NCBI GenBank assembly: GCA_050916045.1
Contig: CP051526.1
Location: 2,912,001 to 2,976,000 of the forward strand
Source of the DNA: Tepidisphaera sp.
GTDB taxonomy: Bacteria; Planctomycetota; Phycisphaerae; Phycisphaerales; UBA1924
Length of the DNA stretch: 64,000 nucleotides
Direction of reading: 5' to 3'
Part shown: piece after piece, positions 11,293-19,059 of the stretch
Numbering within the stretch: the first letter of the stretch is position 1
Layout of the letters: every line of letters starts with the position of its first letter
The notes under the pieces: model-generated
What the model was told of the DNA's origin: nothing
The model's input: only the letters and a program-made list of their open reading frames with translations
Database searches by the model: none
Position numbers and translations under genes: made by a program

Positions 11293-11322
11293 TTGCCCCT
11301 CGTTCCAAAGTGCGGCTATGAT
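11293..11322 (+). promoter_or_regulatory. candidate sigma70 promoter of rpsO
   Basis: TTGCCC-N18-TATGAT about 35 bp upstream of the rpsO start. Confidence 0.45.
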
Positions 11323-11357
11323 GACGACCTAGGAAACCAAACGGAGTAGGAACTGCG

Positions 11358-11627
11358 ATGGCTCTTTCGACCGCTCAGCGTGCAACAACCCGGACCTCTT
11401 TCCGCCGCCACGAGAAGGACTCGGGTTCTCCCGAAGTCCAGATCGCTCTGCTGACCGCGCGGATCACGCAGGTCGCCGGGCATCTCAAGGACCACGACAA
11501 GGACAACCACGGCCGCCGCGGTCTGGTCCTGATGGTCGGACGCCGCAACAAGCTCCTCAAGTACCTCGCGCGGACCAACCCCGAGGACTACCAGAAGCTG
11601 ATCTCCAAGCTCGGCCTCCGCAAGTAA
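11358..11627 (+). CDS. rpsO: 30S ribosomal protein S15
   Basis: [36 protein letters not shown]; upstream of pnp. Confidence 0.98.
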   Translation: MALSTAQRATTRTSFRRHEKDSGSPEVQIALLTARITQVAGHLKDHDKDNHGRRGLVLMVGRRNKLLKYLARTNPEDYQKLISKLGLRK

Positions 11628-11971
11628 CGCCGAACACCCACGGCCCGATGCCCACAAGGCGTCGGGCCGCTTCGTTTCTGTCTGTCCACTGTCTTAGGCA
11701 CGCCCCCCAGCTCCTCGAGCGGTTTGGGCAGCGGGCACGGACCAGTCACCCTCGTCTGGCGGGTTTTGCCGGGCAAGGCTTCGCGACTGATTCATGCCCT
11801 CTGCCTCGCGTCTCGGGAAACGTTGGGTGCGTGCGGCCTCCAGATCGCCCTTTCTCCCCCGTCCGGACGTGATGTTCGGGGGACGAAATCGGCAGGATCC
11901 GGACGGCACACACAAAGGCCGGCTCTTCCGCCGGTGCACCTATGTCGGAATTTTCCCCCCTCCCTGGCGCG

Positions 11972-14179
11972 ATGCCCTTTGGCATCCATTCACTCCCCGG
12001 CACGACCGTCGTCAAACGCGACATCGGCGGCCGCACGCTGACGCTCGAGACCGGCGTCGTCGGCAAGCTCGCCGGCGCGACGATCCTCGCCACCTACGGC
12101 GGGACGACCGTCCTCGCGTCCGTGCTCCGCGCTCCGCCCCGCGAGGGCATCGACTTCTTCCCGCTGACGGTCGACTACCGCGAGCGCACCAGCGCCGTGG
12201 GCAAGTTCCCCGGCGGCTTCAAGAAGCGTGAAGGCCCGCCCTCCGAGAAAGAAATCCTGACCATGCGGATGATCGATCGCCCGATCCGTCCGCTCTTCCC
12301 CGACGGGTACATCGACGAGGTGCTGATCCAGGTCTTCGTGCTCAGCCACGACGCCGAGAACGATTCCGACGTCCTCGCCGGCGTCGCGGCTTCGGCCGCC
12401 CTGGCGATCTCGGACATCCCCTTCGAGGGTCCGATCGCGACGGTCCGCGTCGGCCGCATCCACACCGAGACGGGCCCGCAGTTCGTGGTCAACCCCACGG
12501 TCTCGCAGCTTGATTTCTCCGATCTTGACCTCGTCCTCTCGGGCCACTCCGACGGCGTGAACATGATCGAGGTCGGCGCCGCCGAGCTCTCCGACGAGGT
12601 CGTCCACGCGTCCATCGAGTTCGGCTACGGCCAGATCAAGGAAGTCCTCGGCCTCATCAACGAGCTCGTCGGCAAGGTCGGCAAGCCCAAGGTTCAGGGC
12701 GAGCTCATGCTCCCCTCCGCGGAGATCACGGCGAAGATCGCCAAGCTCTGCGAGAAGGAGATGATCGAAGCCCGCAAGATCAAGAGCAAGCGCGAACGCA
12801 ACGACAAGGTCGATGCCCTCCGCAAAGCCACCCTCGACGCCAACTTCGCCCTCAACGCTACCGGCACCTACGCCCAGTACCAGGAATCCCTCAAGGCCCG
12901 CACGCAGGCCAAGGAAGCCTTCAAGCGCCTCGAGGAGAAGATCACCCGCCGCCTCATCGTCGAGGAAGGCATCCGCGCCGACGGCCGCAAAGCCACCGAG
13001 CTCCGCAAGATCGAGTCCGCCGTCGGCATCTTCCAGCGCACCCACGGCTCCGCCTGGTTCCAGCGCGGCGAGACGCAGAGCCTCTGCTCGGTCACCCTCG
13101 GCACCGGCAAGGATGAGCAGATCATCGACGGCCTGCTCCCCGAGTACACCAAGAAGTTCACCCTTCACTACAACTTCCCCCCGATGAGCACCGGCGAGGT
13201 CAAGCGCATCAGCGCCCCCGGCCGCCGCGAAATCGGCCACGGTTCGCTCGCGGAGCGCTCGCTCCTGGCGATCCTCCCCAGCCCGGACGAATTCCCCTAC
13301 ACCATCCGCGTCGTCTCCGACATCACCGAGTCCAACGGCTCTTCGTCGATGGCTTCGGTCTGCGGCGGCTGCCTGGCCCTCATGGACGCCGGCGTGCCGA
13401 TCAAAGCGACCTGCGCCGGCATCTCGGTCGGCCGCTTCAGCAACGACGACAACACCAAGGAGCTCTTCGTCACCGACATCATCGGCGAGGAGGACTTCTT
13501 CGGCGACATGGACTTCAAGGTCTCCGGCACCCGCGAGGGCATCACCGGCATCCAGCTCGACCTCAAGACCCGCGGCCTCAATCTTGACCAGATCAAGAAG
13601 ATCTTCGCCCAAGCGAAGGTCGGCCGCCTCGACATCATCGAGATCATGGAGCGGTGCATCGCCAAGCCCCGCGCCGACATCAGCATGCTCGCCCCGCGTC
13701 TGGTCACCATCCAGATCGACCCCGAGAAGATCGGCAAGCTCATCGGCCCCGGCGGCAAGATGATCCGCGCCATCCAGGAGCGGTGGCAGGTCACCATCGA
13801 CGTCGAGGACGACGGCAAGGTCCAGGTCGCGTCCGCCAACGGCGAAAACCTCGCCGGCGCACGCTCTGAGATCGAAGCTCTCTGCGAAGAGATCAAGGTG
13901 GGCACCGTCTACACCGGCAAGGTCGTCTCCATGAAGGACTTCGGCGCCTTCATCGAGCTCGCCCCCGGCACAGACGGCATGTGCCACATCTCCGAACTCG
14001 CCGACGGCTTCATCAAGAGCGTCACCGAGGTCGTGAAGCTCGGCGACATGGTCAAGGTCAAGGTCATCAACATCGACGACCAGGGACGCATCAAGCTCAG
14101 TCGCAAAGCCGTCATCCAGGACGAGAAAAAGGCCACTGGCGGCGCGACGGGCACTCCCGCCGAGCCCGCCAAGGCTTAA
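11972..14179 (+). CDS. pnp: polyribonucleotide nucleotidyltransferase (PNPase)
   Basis: DFFPLTVDYRE, RREIGHG, ESNGSSSMASVC, GDMDFKV, KH and S1 domains; start 11972 or 11942. Confidence 0.98.
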   Translation: MPFGIHSLPGTTVVKRDIGGRTLTLETGVVGKLAGATILATYGGTTVLASVLRAPPREGIDFFPLTVDYRERTSAVGKFPGGFKKREGPPSEKEILTMRMIDRPIRPLFPDGYIDEVLIQVFVLSHDAENDSDVLAGVAASAALAISDIPFEGPIATVRVGRIHTETGPQFVVNPTVSQLDFSDLDLVLSGHSDGVNMIEVGAAELSDEVVHASIEFGYGQIKEVLGLINELVGKVGKPKVQGELMLPSAEITAKIAKLCEKEMIEARKIKSKRERNDKVDALRKATLDANFALNATGTYAQYQESLKARTQAKEAFKRLEEKITRRLIVEEGIRADGRKATELRKIESAVGIFQRTHGSAWFQRGETQSLCSVTLGTGKDEQIIDGLLPEYTKKFTLHYNFPPMSTGEVKRISAPGRREIGHGSLAERSLLAILPSPDEFPYTIRVVSDITESNGSSSMASVCGGCLALMDAGVPIKATCAGISVGRFSNDDNTKELFVTDIIGEEDFFGDMDFKVSGTREGITGIQLDLKTRGLNLDQIKKIFAQAKVGRLDIIEIMERCIAKPRADISMLAPRLVTIQIDPEKIGKLIGPGGKMIRAIQERWQVTIDVEDDGKVQVASANGENLAGARSEIEALCEEIKVGTVYTGKVVSMKDFGAFIELAPGTDGMCHISELADGFIKSVTEVVKLGDMVKVKVINIDDQGRIKLSRKAVIQDEKKATGGATGTPAEPAKA

Positions 14180-14214
14180 GTCTCGGCTTCTTGACAACTT
14201 GTGAACATCCAACC

Positions 14215-14246
14215 AAACCCCCGGGCTCCAGCAGCCCGGGGTTTTT
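14215..14246 (+). terminator. rho-independent terminator of pnp
   Basis: CCCCGGGCT-ccagc-AGCCCGGGG followed by TTTTT. Confidence 0.8.
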
Positions 14247-14495
14247 CATCGTTTTGTCCGTTTTCGACTCTGAAACCGGATTCAGGGGATAGTTCTTCCA
14301 CCCGCGTGTTGCACAAAGTGGCAATCCCTGTTAGATTGACTGCTCGTGTGGGTGGCGTCAACCAAGCCGGGCCGCTGGCCGGCAGACGCCCAGACCCCAG
14401 CGGACCAGGTCCCGGAGGGAGAAACCCGGGTTGTGACATCGCGGATGCGTTCGGGAGGAGGCCCCGCACGCATCGTGCGTCAAGCGGCGGCGTCA

Positions 14496-14519
14496 CAGCC
14501 CCCCGAGATGTTCGGGGGT
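14496..14519 (+). repeat. 24-bp direct repeat, copy 1 (CAGCCCCCCGAGATGTTCGGGGGT), palindromic
   Basis: Identical to 16649-16672; internal inverted repeat CCCCCGA-gatgt-TCGGGGG directly before the csp start. Confidence 0.9.
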
Positions 14520-14524
14520 AGGCC

Positions 14525-14878
14525 ATGGATGAGCTTGCGTCAGGTCGTTCTCTGGATCGACAATTCCTCGATGGGCAAACGCCCCAGCGGCCCGAAAACG
14601 GGCCCAAGCCGGATATCGAAAACGCCGAAGGGCCGGTCAAGTGGTTCGATCCCCGAAAGGGCTTCGGTTTCATCACCGGACCTGAGGGACAGGACATCTT
14701 CGCGCACTTTTCCATCATCGAGGGCGACGGCTTCCGCGTCCTGAAGGATGGAAGCCGCGTCATTTATGACGCCGTGAAGACGGACAAGGGATGGAAAGCC
14801 CTCCGCGTCAGGCGCGTCGAAGAGACCGACGTCGTCGTCACTCTCCGCCGGACATACACCCGCACCCCGCGACGCTGA
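14525..14878 (+). CDS. cold-shock domain protein, copy 1
   Basis: VKWFDPRKGFGFI (RNP1) and IFAHFSII (RNP2). Confidence 0.93.
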   Translation: MDELASGRSLDRQFLDGQTPQRPENGPKPDIENAEGPVKWFDPRKGFGFITGPEGQDIFAHFSIIEGDGFRVLKDGSRVIYDAVKTDKGWKALRVRRVEETDVVVTLRRTYTRTPRR

Positions 14879-15033
14879 CCCGCAGCCGCGACTCCAGCCT
14901 CAATCTCCTCCCGACGATCCGCCGGGACGGTTTTCGCTCCCATCACGCGCTTTCCCGAGACGCCAAGCAAAGCCGAACGCCGCGCAAGCATGCCCGCGCG
15001 GCGTCCGACTTAAACTCTGGCTGTCGCTGCTGC

Positions 15034-16648
15034 TCAGCACCCCGTCTCGAACGCCGACACGAAGTCGTCGTAGTCGAAGAAGTCCACGAAGTCGTCCTCG
15101 TTGAAGTCCGCCGAAACGCCCGCAGGGCACACGCCCGTCTCGAAGCACTCAACAAAGTCGTCGTAGTCGAAGAAGTCCACGAACCCGTCCTCGTTGAAGT
15201 CCGCCGAACAGAAGACCGCCCGAACGAAGTTCGGCCCGACCTCAAGGTGGAAGCGAGGCGGAAGCACCACGCTCGACGGGTTGAAGATGATCGAGCCCGA
15301 CTGGACGATCGACCGCTGAAAGCCGTTGACCGGCGAGAACCCGTTCCGCAGCCGCACGTCGATCCTGCCCCGCAGATCCGCCGTCCCGCTCCGAAGGAAG
15401 ACCAGATCCGCTTCGGAGCTTGCTGCCCCCTCGATGTCGATCATCAACGCCCCCGTCGATTGGCCGCTCAACTGCGTGAAGTCGCCGTTGATCGAGATCT
15501 GAGACGTCTCATCACCACCCGGAATGCCGGGAGACACCCTTCCCGCCGACGTCAGCGAGCCATCCACAAGCCCCGCCCCTCGCAGTTCTCCGTTCGTCCC
15601 GATGTTCATCGTCGAGCCGCACCTCACGGTCCCGCCACGAAGCGTCGTCACCGATCCGAGGTTGACGCCGTTGCTGTCGCTGATGGTGAGCAGACCCGAG
15701 ATATCAAGCTCACCGCCGCCGGTGAATCCTGTCGTCGACCCGTCCCCGATCGTCGAGTTCCCGATCAAGGTCATCCGGGCTCCGATGTCGTTCTGCACCT
15801 TCGCCGCGATCGTCCCCGCGCCCGTGAATCCCCCGCCGCTGGCGAAGGTGAACTTCGTTCCGCTCATGCCCTGGCCCACGCCGCTCACCATGCCGCGGAA
15901 GGTCAGCCCGGCTCCCGTCGCCGTCAGCGTCCCGCTGTTCTCCAGGTCGCCGTTCACCACGCCGAACCCGGTCGTGCTCGTGCCCCCAGGCTGACGGAAG
16001 CCGGATGCGCACGAGAGTTCGCCGCCCGCGATCGTCACCACCCGAAGACTCGCCCCGTCCGAATCCTCCAACCGCACACGATGCGAGCCCACATCGAGAT
16101 CCGTGGCAGCGAACCCAGACGCCTCGCCGTTCCCGAGCCTCAGGTCCCCCGTCGCCCCGATCGACGGCCCCGAGAGGATCGAGGCTCGAATCTCACCTGA
16201 CACCGACACGGGCACCGTGCGCCGAAACTCCCTCGCGAGGATACTGCCGTTGGTCATCGTGAGCGAGCCGTTCACCGAGACATCAAACGTCGCGCTCACC
16301 GTCCCGCGATCCAGAACCAGCGACGCCCCGGGAAAGAGAGCAAGCTGGCTCCCGAACGGCCCAGTCAGCTCCAACCGGGCGTCGTTGCGAACCGACACCG
16401 TCCCGCCGGTTTGAATGTTCGCCCCTCCGGCTCGCAGGACGGTGCCAGGGTCCTCCACCGTCACCGACCCGGGACCCGCCCCGGTGCTCACGAAGAGCCC
16501 GGCGCACTCGACCGTGCCCTGAGACCGAACCGCAAGGCGACCGTCGCCAAAGCTGCCGACAAAGATCTCGCCCGAACCGGACGTGCTCAGCGAGGCGCCA
16601 AGCTCCACCGACAGCGCCCCGTCACTCCCGCGAAGAGCGACGGTCTCC
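15034..16648 (-). pseudogene. 5'-truncated GC-type dockerin-anchored beta-helical surface protein
   Basis: Gly-rich passenger-like repeats paralogous to the C-half of 19060-21978; double DFNEDGFVDFFDYDDF..GC tail; no signal peptide or credible start; coding character stops at the 24-bp repeat. Confidence 0.7.
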
Positions 16649-16672
16649 CAGCCCCCCGAGATGTTCGGGGGT
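16649..16672 (+). repeat. 24-bp direct repeat, copy 2
   Basis: Identical to 14496-14519; the upstream flanks are unrelated. Confidence 0.9.
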
Positions 16673-16676
16673 TGCC

Positions 16677-17048
16677 ATGGATGAAGTTGCATCGAAAACT
16701 GCCTCAGATCGACAAGTGAATGAAGGCCGGATTTCTCAGGAAGTCGAGCCCAAATCAACCCCCTCGCCACCCGTCAAACCGGACCTGGCGGAGGTGGAGG
16801 GCGCGGTCAAATGGTTCGACCCCAGGAAAGGGTTCGGCTTTATCACAGGCCCCGAAGGCCAGGACATCTTCGCCCACTTCTCCATCATCGAGGGCGACGG
16901 GTTCCGGGTTCTCAAAGACGGCAGCCGCGTCATCTACGACGCTGTCAAGACCGACAAAGGGTGGAAAGCCCTGCGCGTCCGTCGCGTCGAAGACCCCTCC
17001 GTCGTCGTGGTCGCTCGAAGTCCGTACAGCCGAACCCCTCGGCGCTAG
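16677..17048 (+). CDS. cold-shock domain protein, copy 2
   Basis: 62-aa core identical to copy 1, same RTPRR C-terminus, different N-terminal extension. Confidence 0.92.
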   Translation: MDEVASKTASDRQVNEGRISQEVEPKSTPSPPVKPDLAEVEGAVKWFDPRKGFGFITGPEGQDIFAHFSIIEGDGFRVLKDGSRVIYDAVKTDKGWKALRVRRVEDPSVVVVARSPYSRTPRR

Positions 17049-17131
17049 CCGTTGGACCACTGCCCCCGCGGCTCAAACCGCCCTGCGTTCCCATTCGGCG
17101 CGGCGCTGGTGATGCCGTCGGCGTCTGCCCC

Positions 17132-17797
17132 TCAACAGCCTTCTTCGAAACCCGACACAAAGTCGTCGTAGTCGAAGAAGTCGACAAACCCGTCCCCGTT
17201 GAAGTCCGCATCGCTCCGGCACGCGGGCGGCGTGCCCCCCTCGAAGGTGGCGACAAAGTCGCTGTAGTCGAAAAAATCCAGAAACCCATCGCAGTTGAAG
17301 TCAACCGCACACGAGGCGCCGACAAAGTGCGTCGCGTCGTCAAGGTTGATCCACCCGACATTCTCGCCCCACGCGTAGCCGCGAAGGCGAGCGCCCGCAT
17401 CGTCGAACCGGGCCTGCTGCGAAGCGGGGAGCGTCGCGTGCGGCCCGAAGTTCACCCACCCGATGTTCTCGCCCCAGCCAAGCCCCACGAGACGGCCGTC
17501 GCCGAGCACATTCACCCCGGCATCGTCGCCCGACACGTTGGAATACGCCACGCCGTTGCTCGGTGTCGCGTCGCCGAGGTTGAGAGAACCGACATTCTCG
17601 CACCAGACGAAACCGGAGAGGACGTCGAGATTGAAGATCGCGCCCTGAGACCCGACCGGGCTCCCTGCGTCGCGCCAGTTCATCCACCCGACGTTCTCCC
17701 CCCACGAGAACTTGTGGGAAGGGTCGACGTTGGAAGTCTGGGCCGAGGCGGCACCGACAAAGCAGAGAACAGAAAGCACCGGTATGTGCACGTTCAT
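17132..17797 (-). CDS. secreted GC-type dockerin-anchored protein with W[GC]EN[VI]G repeats
   Basis: Signal peptide (ASA-Q); four SWGENVGW/VWCENVG/GWGENIGW/AWGENVGW repeats; dockerin..EGC tail. Confidence 0.85.
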   Translation of the reverse strand: MNVHIPVLSVLCFVGAASAQTSNVDPSHKFSWGENVGWMNWRDAGSPVGSQGAIFNLDVLSGFVWCENVGSLNLGDATPSNGVAYSNVSGDDAGVNVLGDGRLVGLGWGENIGWVNFGPHATLPASQQARFDDAGARLRGYAWGENVGWINLDDATHFVGASCAVDFNCDGFLDFFDYSDFVATFEGGTPPACRSDADFNGDGFVDFFDYDDFVSGFEEGC

Positions 17798-17858
17798 AGG
17801 GGGACCCTTGAAATTCACTCGTCCAATGATCGACGTACGACGGACCGAACCGCGAGCA

Positions 17859-19004
17859 TCAGTACGTGAAATTGGCGTTGGGGTCGTTGGTGCCAAAGCT
17901 GACCCCGCCGGTGTTCCCGACAATCGCCGCCGACCCCGTGGCGTTGAGCACGAACGCGAAGTTCGCCCCCACGATGTCCCAGTTGTTCACCGTGTTGCCC
18001 GAGCAGGTGTTGCGGGTCAGGATGTTGCCGTTGCCGTCCACGTCGATGCCGCGGTCCGCCCCGATGCAGTTGTTGCCTTCGAGGCGGTTGTCGTTGCCGG
18101 TCACATGGATGTTCGCCCCGTCGCCCGCGCCGTTGCCGTTGACCGAGCATGTGTTGAAGCGGACCACGCAAGAGCTGGTGCACAGAATCCCGTCGGTCGT
18201 GTTGGTCCTCACCACGCACTCGGCCACCGTGCTCCCAAGCCCCGCGCTGATGCCGATGCTGCTGTTGGAGATCGAGCTGCACGCGCTCACCGTGCAGCCG
18301 GCTCCCACCAGAATACCGACACCCTCGCCCGCCCCGGTTCCACCCGTGAACTCCACGGCGCACCCCGTCACCACGCAGTTGTTGCTCGTGAAGATGCCCT
18401 GCCCCGTGTTCAGATGCGCCGCGCAGTTCAGGACCGTCGTTCCCTGGGCGGTCTGGATGCCGCCCGATGCATTCTGGTCCGCCGAGCATTCGGTCACCGT
18501 GCCCCCGCTGCCCGCGAAGATCCCCACCGCGACGTTGCCGCTGGCAAGAACCCCAGCGATTCGACTTCCAAAGGAGACCTGAGACCCCAAGTCCACGCCG
18601 TCGCCGCCCCAGTTGCGGACCGAGCCGTTGACCACGGTGACGTTCCGCAGATTGGGAGTTTCAGCAAAGACGCCGTCCCGCGAGCCGGCGACACCCAGCA
18701 TGTCAAACCCGTTCAGATCCAGCGTCACCCCGCCGCTGGTAATCTTGATGCCGTTTTTCGCGGTCTGCCCCGTGATGTTCCCGGTCAGGTAGTACGAACC
18801 CGGCTGGCTGATCACAAAGAGGCTGTTCGCGTCCCCCGGCGTGTTCGCCTGGCTGATCGCGATCCGAGGCTCGACCTCGCTCAGGGTCTTGAACGTGCTC
18901 GCCACCGGCCCCGCGGGCGGGTCCAGCGGACCCGCCACCAAGAGGCCCGCTGTGGCGAGCAGCGCAAGAGCGGAAATAGAAATGACCGTGCTTTGAACCT
19001 TCAT
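17859..19004 (-). CDS. secreted right-handed parallel beta-helix protein
   Basis: Signal peptide, AGPLDPPAGPVASTFKTL, ISQPGSYYLTGNI, TLDLNGF, Cys/Asn-ladder repeats. Confidence 0.85.
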   Translation of the reverse strand: MKVQSTVISISALALLATAGLLVAGPLDPPAGPVASTFKTLSEVEPRIAISQANTPGDANSLFVISQPGSYYLTGNITGQTAKNGIKITSGGVTLDLNGFDMLGVAGSRDGVFAETPNLRNVTVVNGSVRNWGGDGVDLGSQVSFGSRIAGVLASGNVAVGIFAGSGGTVTECSADQNASGGIQTAQGTTVLNCAAHLNTGQGIFTSNNCVVTGCAVEFTGGTGAGEGVGILVGAGCTVSACSSISNSSIGISAGLGSTVAECVVRTNTTDGILCTSSCVVRFNTCSVNGNGAGDGANIHVTGNDNRLEGNNCIGADRGIDVDGNGNILTRNTCSGNTVNNWDIVGANFAFVLNATGSAAIVGNTGGVSFGTNDPNANFTY

Positions 19005-19059
19005 GATTGAATTCCTGTGTTTGTGGTTGGTCGGGACATGGTCGGGCGACGCCCCGGGC

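Noticed and set aside
11990..14212. Long antisense ORFs (also 3118-4299, 4688-6142, 25765-28446, 34072-35109, 56305-58959)
   Set aside because: Shadow frames of well-supported genes on the opposite strand, as expected in high-GC DNA.
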